64,000 nt of DNA from Lingula anatina (GCA_051362555.1 CM120640.1:45548788-45612787); one strand, 5' to 3'; positions 12,699-26,925 are shown, numbered from the stretch's first letter. Translations and numbers: made by a program. The notes: generated by a model not told the origin, from the sequence alone.

Positions 12699-13652
12699 TC
12701 ACCGAAACAGGTTCACGTAATTGTCCCTAGCGTCAGCAGCCCCTGTACATGGAGGCAGCTCATCGGCTGTCTCATCATAGGGATCATACAATTCACCACA
12801 TTCTTTTAATTCATCAATATCTTTTAGCCAATTAAAGATCTGGACAAGTTTCTGGTTATCCAGGTAATTGTTTTTCGATATTGAATTTTCTTGCTTCCAC
12901 TGCTTATTGGATTCGGCTACTCTGGGAGTTTTACCACCGTCGTTGCGAAGAGGGTCAAATGGACTGACCCGAGGGCTGGTCCCGGGGCTGACCCTGGGAC
13001 TTAATCCCGGGGAAACGATCTTTGGAATCTCTAAGGCAGTAGTTTTTGTAGTTTCAGACTCATTCTCTGCAATAGTTGCCACATGTTCAACTGTAAGAGT
13101 AAGAACTTTGCCATTGTCGTCAACGTCAGCTTGGATTTCTCCAATTTCATCATGGACTAAAACCTTATTGTGAAAGTGGACTTTTCTGTTTCCACTGTCT
13201 GTCAAACCGTCCATACTACAGTCTTTATTTCGTCGGTGGTGTAGGGTACTTTTCATTTGCATCAAATGCCTGTTCACCAAGTTTTTCCTGAGCCTTTCGA
13301 TGTCATTTTTGTTCCTTGGTAACGCATTTGGAATGGCAACGGAATGATTGAAATGAGCACCTGCAGGAAGAGGCGCATACGGCTCTACATTCCTTTGTTG
13401 TCTATTCGATTCTTTCATTTGTTGTTTATTAGTGATGGATTTCCATATCTTTGGCAATTTCAGATCTGCCTCCTCGAGACGATTGTTATTATTTGCCGGG
13501 GAACGTTTCCAAAAGTTCACCATAGTCGGGGTTGGTAGGAAGTTGGACGCCCTATACAGAGGAGGAGGTTCGAACTGATACGTAGACATGCTGATGGGTT
13601 TCTTCTTGATTCCAACTTCAGACGTGCTGGTCTCTGTCCGTGGGGATGTCAT
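12699..13652 (-). CDS. Uncharacterised 317 aa disordered protein with RVxF (RKVHF) motif, SPxx repeat and C-terminal IxxWL helix
   Basis: 954-nt ORF. Acceptor-like ttcttttcAG near 14286 and an upstream GTAAGT donor near 14923 suggest non-coding 5' exon(s). Confidence 0.75.
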   Translation of the reverse strand: MTSPRTETSTSEVGIKKKPISMSTYQFEPPPLYRASNFLPTPTMVNFWKRSPANNNNRLEEADLKLPKIWKSITNKQQMKESNRQQRNVEPYAPLPAGAHFNHSVAIPNALPRNKNDIERLRKNLVNRHLMQMKSTLHHRRNKDCSMDGLTDSGNRKVHFHNKVLVHDEIGEIQADVDDNGKVLTLTVEHVATIAENESETTKTTALEIPKIVSPGLSPRVSPGTSPRVSPFDPLRNDGGKTPRVAESNKQWKQENSISKNNYLDNQKLVQIFNWLKDIDELKECGELYDPYDETADELPPCTGAADARDNYVNLFR

Positions 13653-16600
13653 GCTGACGCTTTAGTATAATCACTTGGCTTCGGCGGAGTAAAGATGTCT
13701 ATAGTCCATCATGAAATATGAAATATGAGATAGATACAATATGAATTTCACCTAAGAGAGCTGCCTTTTGTCCTTTAGACCGCGTAAGATGGGTGACAAA
13801 TAAATGCCCAATTTCGATGTCGTTGCTATAGGTTCAAACAGAGCCCGATGTATACTGTGCCATGAATTAAACGTAAATGAATCTTCTGGTCCATGTATGA
13901 AGTGGAAGTCTTTTTATGACATGCGTTCAACGGCAAAAAGAATTTCTCGGGTTCTGACGAAGTACCGGTAATAATGTTGATGCCATGTGTACATACACTC
14001 CTTTTGTAGGTTAATCTCATAGGTTTATATTCCACGGTAAATCTTGTCGTGTGCCAGTATTGACAGGAACCATTCTAACCCTGGCTTCACTGGATGTTTG
14101 CCAATACGAAGTCTTCGAGTTCGCTGTGGCAATATTTCTATCAGCTGCCAAACAATTATCCGATTTAATTCACTTTATCAGTCAATTGATTTGTATTTAA
14201 TGTTGAGGCCGTGAATAGTAATCTCTGACGCTATTCGGTTGCTATCTACGGATACGGTTTACTCTGCTTCTTCCGTGCTACTGTTCTGAAAAGAATGAAA
14301 TACCATTTTGATTATTTTCCAACTCTGTGAGGCGATTGATTTGGTCTGACTAACACATTTCTTCAATTAGCTTTGAAATACCGACCAATGACGCACCGTG
14401 ACATAAGGACTGCATACCCAACTTCCTAAACAAAAACGGGATAGTTTAGATGTAAATAGTAGAGTACAATGAGGTAATGACAATATTAGTTTTGAAATAG
14501 AATACGCACAATGGAGTTAATGACCAAAACTGTGATCCATAAATATAGCTATAGCAGTGTGTTAGGGACGCAACAGCTATAGCCGCGAATTAACAATAAC
14601 AAGTGTATGGTGTACATGCATGCACAAGTGTGTGCACACAATCGATAAAGAGCATGCGCACACATACACCCTCTTGTACATATACATACTCATACCACTA
14701 CAACATACATGTATATTGATGTTTCCAAACATTATCATCGCGGCCGATATGTACGAGTACGTTGGCAGTATGTTAATGTATAATTGAGTGTAGTGTCCCT
14801 TATTACAGTTTTAACAAAGCAAATCAGGGGCGCTTGTGTTGAAATCGAACGCATGTATCAAAATCAAAACATACTCAACTCTATTTCGTAGCAATATTTT
14901 ATAGAAAACATAGTTATACTTACTGCTTTTGTTAGTCGTTGCACAGACAGTTCAACATTCTATGTCTACCGTGACCGTCGCACTACGGCTCTGAATCTGT
15001 CTCCAAGGCCGTTCTGTAACTCGCTATATTGACTTTTATCAATAAGGCTTTATCTCACTTAAACCAACAATTGCCTATAAAAGTAGACTGTGTTATAATG
15101 GCATGTCGTGTTTACCTTGCCACTAGACTCACACTAATATTTTCATACAAGTTACGTTAAGCGCTTTTAGTATACTCTTTATGTACATACTTTTTGCAAA
15201 GTAAACAGATCAAATAATTAATTGATTTACTTAACCTTGTCAGTAAAAGATGTGCAATATGTCAAACGAAACTAAATACCTGGTTTCCATTATTTCAGAA
15301 CAGTAAGAGTTGGAGTGTGAGTGAAAAAAATGTAAAACGACATTGTTCTGTGCTGTGCAAATATCTCTTCTCGCCAAAATGAAGTCAACTATTCATGCTG
15401 GCGTTCACCGGAATCTATTAAGATATCATTTTTAAACACGGGTCATCACGCATAAGAATTGATTGGCTGGGAGAAAATCTTTTTTTCTAATTTTTCGTAC
15501 ATCACAAGTAAACCAATGCTAAATGCTGTATCAAATTTATTAGGTGTTGTGACTCAATGTCTCAGCTACTGCATTTCAGACATGTTTCTACTGCTTGATT
15601 TTGGTCTTTTCCACAACTGACGCTACCCCACTGGCTTAAGATTTTCAGCCGGGTCATCGCTATCAGGAGTGAAATCATATATATGGGGTTGGGTATAAAT
15701 TGGATGTTGACAAAAATAAAGGGGAAAGTGAAAACTCAAATCTGTATCAATGGACTGGAATATTGTGCGTCCATCCAAAAATACATTTAACAGCTTTATG
15801 CTGGGCTAGGTATGTGCATTATTATGTCAGAACCATAGCCATACAGTACTGCTCCGATATACTATGGGAGAGGAAACATATATGACTCCGATAATGGCAG
15901 AAATGGATAGACATGTCACCCTATTCGTTTCGGTCGCTATATAACAGTCACACTTTGAGGGCACTCGAAACTTATGATAAAAGTTGTAGTAATACTTTTT
16001 ACAAAACATTGTTCAGAAGGCATATATTTCCTTTCAAGCGTTTTCCCCTATTATTGAGTGTCAGAATATTAGTATCACATCTATGAACTGGTATGATCAA
16101 TTGCCAACTGGCGTTTTAACTAGGAACCGACGATCAATCACGAACAGCAAGGTGAACCATGGTTCATTTTGCAACCTGAGAATTAAAAACGAAATGACTT
16201 GTACACTAAACCATGGGGCCGTGACATCTTTGCTCTTTGGAGTTTGGTTTGTATTTGTAAATAAGTGAATATGTTTAACTTGGGCCGTCAAATTCATGCA
16301 CTTTCGTCCAAAAAATGTCAGAGAAACATTGAAATGTATGTTATTTTGCATGTGTTTTTCATGCGTTTTGACTTATTATAGCGACTTGTCAATAAGAACA
16401 CCATGTACATTTGCCCGTTTCTTTATTGATGTTTTGTGTAGTCTTTAAAAAGCAAGTTAAAAAGCAGTAACGTTTGGAATTTTGCCGACTTCGAATGAGC
16501 TTGAAATGTCCACACGTAACCCAACTTGTCGCTTTTTTTAGCATTTGCAGACTTTTCTAAAGACATGTAGAGCGTGAGTGAATGCGTGCGCGCGTGTGTG

Positions 16601-17508
16601 TCCGCGTTTATAAATGTGTGTGTTTGACTGAATACGTACATGTACACGTCCGTGTCCATACGTACGTATATAGATCGCGCTTGCTTACGATGGACTACTG
16701 ATGGACTGATGTTTAACGTTGTATAGGTCACCTAAGTAAATTTAAGAGATTGTTTAATACACATAGACTTTATCGAAAGGTGCAATCCCCTAGTCATATC
16801 CTGAGAGTAAGACTGAAACTCACGACATCACTGAGTTAGAGTGTCGGAAATTGGGGACTAACAAGCAGATGCCAAATTCAGGGCAACCATATAGAATACA
16901 AACATTCAGATGCCCTTGCCATCTTCCGATCATGCCATCACGTAACATTGTTTTAGCAACGTTAAGATTGCTATCACAGCTACAGGCAATCTGCAACATG
17001 GAGTGCATCTGTACTCGAAAACGGCAGACCTGGAAAAAAGTGCTGTAATGACTAACCTTCGTCCGCACTTTCGTAAACTATATTGAGCGTCGTGGAAGAA
17101 TCAAATTAGCTTGACTGACGATCTTGCTACGTGAGTCTTCCCATGTTTCGGATGCTTTACCCTTTAAGGTTTGTCCTTCATGCTTCAGCGTTAGAGTTTA
17201 GTGCGACACGACAGCTTGTGTCTATTCACCGCTGGTAATTTGATAGAGATTTAACTTCTTTGGAAGAATAAGTCCATTTCATATATGCACAGCGTGGATA
17301 TTTTTCCTGTAACTGCGTCTAACATCTAAGTAAACAAAATATGCTGTGGGATATTGTGTACGTGTTTCAACAAATGAAACGGGCTTGATCATAAATAGAA
17401 GTAGCTTCAATTTAGTCTGCCTTTGTGGCTAGATTTAGACCGATTTAGTGTGGTTAAGCACTGTACATTGTTCTGGTCAGTTTTTGCTTTGTTGGGGGGA
17501 TCATTTGA

Positions 17509-17581
17509 ATCGTCAACTTTCTCCTGTTCTTTTAAAAACTCAATCTGTGAGTTTTTAAAAGAACAGGAGAAAGTTGACGAT
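17509..17581. repeat. Perfect 34-bp inverted repeat with 5-nt loop
   Basis: atcgtcaactttctcctgttcttttaaaaactca, loop atctg, then tgagtttttaaaagaacaggagaaagttgacgat. Confidence 0.95.
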
Positions 17582-20500
17582 GATGATGCAATTGCCTCTT
17601 ACACACCATCATTTTTATTCTTTCTATTAAGATCTTTTAACAACCCCAGAAAAATAGCGTGGATTTTGTAAGCGGATCGAAGGGAACGAGGGGCAGGTCT
17701 TTCCAACAAGAGAATGTCGCATTCATCTACAGTCCCTTTTTACCGGGGGCGGGGAGAAAGCAGGCCCTTAAATACCCCCAATGTTTCTTTTCTTTTTTAA
17801 TTGAATTGCATCACAGGGGAAGGGGGGGGGGGGCAATCCGCCACCTTCTTCATATCCTAGTAGGTTTTGATTGTATGCTTTTTACGCAAGTCCATGTAAT
17901 AAGTGTTTGAGAAACCACTCATCCTACGTGTATAAGTGCACTATGCGTCGTATAACACACTGTAGTGCAACAGCCCTTGCTTCGAAAATAGGTCGAATGG
18001 ATTGTTTTTACATCAAAGTAGAATTTTTTTCAGGTTGCCGGGCAAGTTGCCACACATTATCACGTGTAGTTTGCCAGTGACAAAGGAATTTGGGTGTATA
18101 GAAACAGTCCGCCTGTCCCAAAGGCTCAGTACTGCTCGGGCTGGGCAACCTTATCGGAAATGAATATGAAAAGTATGAGTGTTTCATGAAAAAATATGAA
18201 AAAACATGAAAAAATATGTTGTGAATCTCCATTTATAATGATAACTGAAAAGTACTCGTGCTAGAAAATCGCTGAAGATCCGGGCAGTATTCACCCTCAA
18301 GCTCTTGCAATGTCATTATGCGTTATTTGCAACTCTATTTTTAAGAAAATTACATGGCTACTGTTACAATTGCTTTTGAGAGAAATCAAAACAGCTTACT
18401 GACTATTATATTGGTAATGATTTGTAAAACATGCTATTTATTGTTGGGTATCAGTTGGAAAATAGACCTAACCCTCCGTCGTGATATGCCTTGTTTCTCG
18501 GCTGGATAACGCATTTATAGGTCACTTGCACATTTCTTTGGAGCTTTTTTCTCTGTAAACTGTTTTTCAAATCTCAACCTATAGCCCTGGGTTGTCCAAT
18601 TTGACTATTTTAAAATGGTCACAACAGCAAAACAAAACTATAAATCTGTTTGAAGAAAGGAGCCGTTTCTGTTTCATGAACAAGTTAGTGCTTTAGGCAG
18701 CTTGAAATAAAATATTTCCCCTGAAATTGTGTTGCAAATCTTAAAAAATTGAAAAGTGAAATGCTTTTCTGACAATTCAAAAGTTATTTCAGAAACTCTT
18801 TCATACATAAAGAAAACGGAGAATTGCCAATAGAACTTAAAAGTGGCCCTTCAGATGTGAGATTAAACGAAGGTATTGCAAATGACAAGATGAAGCAAAA
18901 TGACAACATGAAGACTCGAGGAAACGGAAACAACCCAAGGCAATGTTGTTTAGAAAAATACATTTACCAACATATATAGAAATACAACTGCTCTGTACTG
19001 TTTTGTTAACGGGTGGCCTTTCCCACTTTTTTCCCTATTGCACGTTCCAGAAACTCGACAAAATCGTTGAAAAGAATTCCAACACTACTGAGAACGCCCT
19101 ACTTATTTACGTGTTTTTAAGGACAACGGGCGTGGCCGGTGTGCTCACAAGCAGACGTACGCATGCGCACACATGTATTTCCTTGTGTTTCCGCAGGTTG
19201 TTTTCATCTTATTCAAGGTTGCCCCCCCCCCCCCCCCCCAGGTATAATGTTACCACTTGCAAACAATAAGGCAAAAGCCTTAAGATTCCATTTTCTTTCA
19301 TACATGTGACGTACTGATAGCATTGTAACCATATAATGTGTTACTGCTTCGAGGTCAATTGTAAAAAACGGAAAGGCACATGTACTTTAACTATTATTTA
19401 ACGAGGGAGTCTGTTACAATCAAAATATATGTTTACTGGGATTAAAAATGTACAATTTTAGCCACAACTGAAATTTCGTCTTCCACATGTATTGCAATTA
19501 GTTTTAAAAACGTTAAATTGGGTACGGACAAAACTTGACAAGAGGTGAATATACAAATATCTATTTAATATTTGTTTTGAATTTTAATAGTGTGATCACT
19601 ACCGATTTGAAGTGCACTAAAATGATCCATGCGTAAAAATTAAATATTTACCAAGGTGCATATTTATAGTTTCATTTTGTTCAGTTCTATCTCCTGAAAT
19701 GAATCGAGCTTTATGATGAAGGATAAAAATTAACTCTGTGAGAGGTTTGTGCCCCATCCTAAAAGTAGACAATGGTACGGCAAAATGAGGGCATTTGTAT
19801 TGATTGATAGCATATCGTGTTTGTATCAAGCAGTTGTTACTGTCACCATAAATAACAATTTCAACTTTGTATTATTGTGTATTTAAAACCGTTTTTCACG
19901 AACAGAGAGAGGTCGTTTGGTTAGTTATATTGCATGCCCTGCTGACTGTAAAGAAATTGATTTCAAAAACCCACATACAATTCGGACAGGGATGAGTACC
20001 AAATATTTAGTTTTTTTATCGGTGTAGTAGTAAGGAATGAGGAGGGGCTTAGGATCGACATATCACAAATGGAAAGAAAATCTTGATAATTAAGCGCTTC
20101 ATATATCTTTCTTTTAAAATTCAGGACGTCTTTTACAACATAAAAACCAAGATGTCCTCTTCTTTTCAATCAGGTCGGAATGCACTTGTCGAGACGTCTG
20201 GGAAAAAAAAGGCGGGCAGTGCGTCCTGGGGGGATCGCGCTATGCCCGCGTCTCTGCACACGTTTTTAATCGATGTGTATTCAGGATTGTAAGTCTACCG
20301 GACTGAAAAAGAAAAAAATGATGTGGTCTGACATTTTCTGTGTTTCTGAAGGGTTATAATTAGAACCGGGAAGCAAATGAGATGTGGAAAGTGGAATTTG
20401 ATCGAAAAGAGGTGGCCACCTCACAGTAGCTCATGTTCTGGATGGCCAGAGGGCGGACGGTGTCTGAATTTTTCATTACAAAACGTGTAACTTTGTAGCT

Positions 20501-23500
20501 AAAGATATACATTCAAGTGCTTAATTCAAAACATCTGAGAGTCGAGAGGCTCTAATGATAGGAGCGATTTTGGACCAACCCAGAGCGAAACAATACCCTA
20601 CGCAAAGTTTAGCGATCAAACTATGTAAGAGTGTAAGTGAGTGCAAAGAGAGAAAAAAAACTAACAATGTTTGGCTTTTGTCCAATTTTCTTTTTTTCCC
20701 TCTTATTCAACTCATCGCTCTACGTTCCCCGCTTCTTCCCCTTCTCTCCGTTTTCCTATTCTTTTTTTTTTTGTTATAAATTTGGGTACAAGCAAACAAT
20801 TAAACGTAGATTACAGGCATGTGTTTTTAATGACAGCTTCTGTTAACCATGCTTCAATAAAACATCATACAGTGAATAATTTATAAACAGGAGTCCGCGA
20901 AACAATGGGTTAACGTGTATTGGTCATATAACGAAGCACTGTTGGACAATATGTTCCAGGCTTAGGGATCTTTGGTGAAAAATGGAGAGCTTTTCCTGCA
21001 GACCGAAAAAGGTATTAAAGAGCGCAACAAGGTGCGTATTTTTATGAGAATAAGGATAATGATCAAAAGAGAAAATGCAGGCGAGACCCTGTATACGAAC
21101 AGGTGACATTCCAGTAAGTCGTTCGAGGTCGATTTGATTATCATATGTCCAACACAAAAACTGTTTCTAATTTCCCATTTAAAATACATAAAATGTGTAC
21201 ATAAAATAAAGTCTATAATATTTACAAAATTTATATTAAATTAAAATACGCACAACTCTTCCACTCCCACACAGCACTGTTCCTATCATCTTAAGTGCAT
21301 GACTCGAGTGTTCCTAACTCGGGTCAGCCTGTTAAGTGTTTTAAAAAGCCTGGTGCAGTCACACACGAAGTCTTTTTACTGAATAAGTTGAGGTTTATTC
21401 TAAAACGTAAACACAGCAATAAAAAATAACCACAAGCCACAAATATCGTTGTATCTGTCTTTCAACGAGATCTCCCTGCGTCACATATGGTACTATAATT
21501 AGTGTGTAAAAATAAAAACAAACCAGCGAATTGTTCTCTTGCCAGCTGCATGTGCAGTAATATATGTTATGAAGTATTGGCCATCATATTGTTGCAGAAA
21601 AGCGAGAACGAAACATTATCCACATAAAAAAATCAACAATAACAATAACAAAAAAAAAAAAAAAAAAAAATACAACAACAATTCAAAGAAATACATCCAC
21701 TAAGTTCAGATATTATAATATTTTCCATGATACCAATTTAAAACACAATATGAAAAAAAAAATGTATACCTCATTGTTTTGCGTAACTAGCCTGCAGATA
21801 CAAGTAATCACGAAAAGGGTGGATTATAATTTATTGCGCAAAGGTGTCTTTAAAACGTAAACACTTCAATTTAAAAATACCGCAAGCCGCAATGCACCAA
21901 ATATTAACGAACCGTTCCAAAGTGCTTACATCAAGGGAAGCCCAGCACACCAAAATCTGATCGTATTTGAAAAATATAAAAATACGCAAAGGTATTTATC
22001 ATAGATGAAGATCAAATACGCCGATCCCACGTGTGAATGATAGATTTTGGCCACGCACTAAAATAACATGTATTAATCACGACATTTTGGACAGTTCTCG
22101 GTAACAATGTTATTTTTCCGGTGGTGTGATCTTGGCAGTTGCGGTTGCCAATGTTGAAAGATGAAAAATTTATTTTCTATCGTGTATGTCGTAAGGCAGC
22201 ACCCAAGGTGGTCTGAATTTTTTGGCATATCAATGGCCATAAATTCAACTTAGAAAAACAATTGCGTAATACATACTGATAACCGCACGGAGGCATTATG
22301 GAACAATAGGCATACGACTTGCTGCTCAAATATCGAATGAGTAAGGTTGATTTTAATCCCCGTTACCCTTTTCATATCCGTCATGATTCTTGCATTTTTC
22401 AAAGTTCAAATTTCATATTATATGGAAAATCGATACATTTATGTAACTATAAATTTTGCGATCTAGAGAGGTCAAATTACTGCAAAATACCTTAGTCAAA
22501 TTAAAACCTTTCAAATTTCTAGTAACACGTATAATGATAAACACTAAATTCATAAATATAAGTAGCGGTGAAAATAGTTACTGAACGTTTTATAGTCCTC
22601 TGACGAGGTAGTAGAAATGGAACATCCATTTGCAAGAGTGTTGAAATCACGAGTAACAATTAAAATGTCCAATTGCAAAACCGGAATCAATCATTTACTC
22701 ACTCTGAGTTCTACATGGTATGATAATTTTTTTTCACGATTGCACTAAGTTTCTTTATTGAACTTTGGTAGAAATAATTGCGAATATTTAGTATTTGTTC
22801 AACTACCAACTTTTTATACATTTCTTGTATATGGGAATTCTGATGCTGAATCTTTTAATTCAAAATAAAATGTAATCAAATATGAAAATGAGACATTTCA
22901 TATCACAATCAATTAAGAAACATGGATAAACAGCAAACTGAGAAGATAGAAAAAATCCCCTAATGACTTGTTTACCAATTTGGTAAACAACATCAGGAAT
23001 CCGACACTCGAAGACACCTTTAATCCCCCAACAATGAGAAGGTATAATGATAATAATAATAATCCATCATCCTGGCCAAAGTCGGGTGACACGGTAAAGC
23101 TTAAATGTATGATAATGAACTGTCACCAAGATATGATCCAGAACACTGGCCCCGATGCACGCTGGGCCCCGACATGGATCAAGCTGGTACCCGCACTGCG
23201 CGAGACATAACTTCACATCCTGCAGCGCAGGTGTCTGGGTCTCTCGATGAAAGGTGATCGTCTTCGAGGGGGCCGCGGGTATAGAAATCAGAGACGGCAC
23301 TGAACTGCCCCGTGTGAGAGAGCGAGGAAACCAAGGTTTTTGATTAACTGAAAATGACTGAAAGCTTTGGTAACGTAGGCTGGAGTTCGATTACTAGGGC
23401 CACTTCAACCGTTCTTTAAAAATGGGGGGTAGCTAGGAAGGCCTATATAACGGGGTAAATTAGTGCTTTGGTTTGGTGTTCACGTTTTGTGCGCCTGATA

Positions 23501-24848
23501 GTTTCAACGCTCAAGTTCACCGTTGACATACATGCACATGTACATGCGGTCGTTCGTTAACTAATCCCCCCTCGTCCCAAAAAAAATCAAGAATCTACGC
23601 AAATTTTTCCATTTAGCTGTGAAATATTGATATTTTGACTGTTTACGTTGATTCATTTCAAGTAACCTAAATGTACATGTTCGCTTCTTATTCTTTAATT
23701 AAAAAAATGTGCATTTAAGTTGTTCATTTTTAGGAACTTTAAAACGAATCACGCGATTAGAAATGTCGTGTGTGACGCTGCTTTTAATAACTATACATGC
23801 AATGTTTTACTTCCTAAATATCTGACACCGTTGTGACACCGTTATTTTTACACACCTACATCAATTCATTAGAGTTTGAATGTAAATGGCAAATTTAAAA
23901 GCAGCATTAAAAGCCAGAAAACTAAGCCCACCCACAAAAGCTATTAAAATATACCTTATTTTCGTGAAAGGACAATTTTTATCATGGATAAATGAGTTGA
24001 TTAAAAACATAAAAGGTACTTCCTAATGACCCTCTTTCTTGTTGGGATTTCGCCTTGATTCAAATGATACAATACTTCCTCCTATAAAATTGGCAACAGA
24101 ACTGTCAGTGCTTTCTAAAAAAAAGAAAAAAATCGTTTCTAGATTCGGGTTGTGGTCTGACTCGGCTTACTTACATGCTTCTCTGCATGGAGTAGCCACG
24201 CGGATAGCGGTGGCGGAAACTACCTCCTGTAAAACTCCAAAATCAGTTTCAATACTTTATTTGTCATCGTTAACCACATTCATGCTGCGAAATGCGTCTC
24301 TCCCCTGATGTCATGCTGTATACTTACGTAATCAATCTACGCGACCACAACGACCGCACGCTATGCGTTTTACAAAGGATCTTATGTAACCGTTTTATTA
24401 AAGTATATTATAAAAAAAGGTTTGAAAGTAATTTTATTCAGTTGACCAAAGGTATAAGACAGATTTTGAACTTAATGAGATGTGAAGAAAGCAATCACGT
24501 ATGCCCTGAGCAGAGGGCGAAATGGCAATGTTCTACATCAAGCTCCGTTCCTTACACTACCCCAGAAATTGCCTGTGACAGAGAGGTCTAAAGCTGCGTC
24601 AACAGTTATTTTTTCAATTGAAATTAAAAATGTCTAAGTTAATATCGAAAATTATGGATTCGTTGATAAAAATGCTTATGAAAGATGGTACATTATATTT
24701 TGAAGCTTTTGTCGGCGTGGAATTTTGGGTATACGTTCAGGTATGCTGTTGTTTAGTTTTTTATGAAAAATACGGGTTAATCGAATATTTGTCCAATTTG
24801 GTCCGTGGTTATTATTCAGTGGAATCTCCGATTAATTAACCGAATTTA

Positions 24849-25218
24849 TTACGTCATTTGCACTTTATGATCTCTTCCTCCTACGTAACTGGCGTGCTGG
24901 ATAATGTCATATCCACTCATTAATAAACAAGTCGCATTCTCATCCAAACGGCATTTTAATCACCTACATTTTGATTGCAAATTGCCAGTACCTTACCGCT
25001 TCCCCCATAGTAGTGATTTGGCTTGTCGAATACCAGCGCTTGCCTCGCGTCACGTAATGGAGTTGTAAGGGTATCACGTTACTGCTTCACGACGTGAGAG
25101 TATAAAGGCTGCACGTAGTCTCTACTCTACATCAGTCGATTGCTGGCGGTCACAGACGTGCGATACGACTCTTATGTTCAAATCCCAGTTCAAATGGTGC
25201 AGACACATTAGTGAATAG
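24849..25218 (+). promoter_or_regulatory. TATA/Inr core promoter and non-coding first exon of the 366 aa gene
   Basis: TATAAA 25101-25106; TCAGT Inr 25132-25136, about 30 nt downstream; AG|GTAAGG donor at 25219; acceptor cttttcAG 26918 just before ATG 26926; several ACGT-core sites upstream. Confidence 0.6.
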
Positions 25219-26925
25219 GTAAGGACATTTAAGCTTTTCAGCAAATGTGTCTTTTTTCTGTTAGATTTAGAGTACTTTGTGCAGGATTAAAAGATTGGTT
25301 TGCTTATTAGTCATTCGAATTGCTTTCTAGTCACCCTAAATACAGGCTAAATAAATGTTTTTTTTAAATTCTTTTATTCTGAATGAATGGTAGATTTTGA
25401 CATTCCGATAAATTGAACACACAAAATATCTCAATTTTACTCACTAATGATAACGTATGCAACATTCGGAAAAACTATCGTCGACATGTGTCGTAGTGTT
25501 ACATTACAGCTGCATTGCACTATATTATATCTGATCTACGGCACGTTAATACTTACTTTTTGTACATAGTACATATCCGTAATGGAAATGAGTTCTAAGT
25601 GCAGAAACCAGCGGTAGGCAATTGTTTCAGTACAACTGAACTATAGATGAGAACGAGAACTGTACTTTAATCTGTAAACACGAAAGTGCCTCACGTAGCA
25701 GACCAACATAGCTGTCCCGTGTCTAGCATTGTATTTATGTCAACAATTACGTCCAAAAAAGAAGAGCAACTTTTACTAAGTAAGATGAAACTTGAAAGTT
25801 GGGTCTTAAATGGTTTTCGCAGCAGTTTCAGTGAAAATGTTTATCGCCGTTTCTCCCTATCCATTTTAATTGCTGCCAGTATTGGAAACGAATTGGCAAA
25901 TACGATTAATCGCATTTTGGCATTCCTTTGAAAGGAAGTTAGTTGCATAAAATAATCCCGTTATTTAACATTTTAATCGATTAATTTATCGCATGAACGC
26001 AGTTAACAGAAACATGAAAGGTGATTTGGGGAAACAGTTAAAACAAACCTATACACTCACGCAATCTAATTACGAAAACTCAGTTTAAATTTTTTTAATA
26101 AAAATGCAAAAATGCTGATAAATCATAACCTTTTGCTATTTAAATCTGCACCAGCTTTTTGTGTGCAGTGGGTTCCTGGCTATTTTTCCAGGGTATGCTT
26201 TATTAATCATCTATGTGAGTTAATGTACAGGCAAGAAAGGTTGGGTTTAAAGTCAAGAAAGGTTTTGTATAAAGCACACTAGTGGCAGGCCACACCACTT
26301 AACCCAAAGTAACTGGCTGTGTGGCGATTAACTAACACCTTTTGAACTTTGAGAAGGTAAGAAAGCATTAATTGACACACTGTTTTACCAGACGCCCTAG
26401 AAACGGAACCACTGTTTTGTCAGCAATGGGAACCATGCTCGAGTAAAGGGCTTTTTTATTGTCACGGCTTGTCCCCAGTGTCAGACTAAATTTGCTTGGA
26501 ACTTATATCTGCAGAAACCCTGCGTCATAACGCTGAAACCTGAGCAAAGCCGAATTTGAGTGAAAATTCTAGAGGTATCCTGTTACAGTGCCAATGCTAC
26601 TGAACTGCTGTTGTTCCAGTTTTGGAAGATGTTCGTTAAAAGTATTTGATTTGTGACTATAGCAACTCACAAATAAATACAAATAGGAGTCTGGATAAAG
26701 AAGGCGTTCGCTATTGTACGGTATAGTTTACCGCACGTTTGTATAAATATGATTAGCAAAAAAGGTGCGCAGTGTCTTGAGGCAGTCACTCCCATTTTGT
26801 CTAATGTTACGTTACTGTCGCCCCATCCCTCTTTCTTATCCATAAAAAACTCACTTGCTTTGATTTGTAACGGAATGAAAACAAGATAAGTTGTTTAATT
26901 CTCTGATTCTCTTTTCAGGATAAAA

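Noticed and set aside
21401-21892. Degenerate direct repeat of about 40 bp (taaaacgtaaacac...caagcc.caa)
   Set aside because: Two diverged copies with no coding or LTR features; likely an old local duplication.
22600-22620. CTGACGA...GAAA hammerhead ribozyme core (also CTGATGA near 58050 and 6555)
   Set aside because: Stem II cannot form or the GAAA is missing; no stem I/III pairing found.
15000-22900. Many 60-110 aa ORFs in the track here and in introns or UTRs elsewhere
   Set aside because: Often non-ATG starts, AT-biased composition, no motifs and no in-phase splice partners.
23365-23410. tRNA or SINE head suggested by GTTCGATT
   Set aside because: No convincing A-box or cloverleaf.
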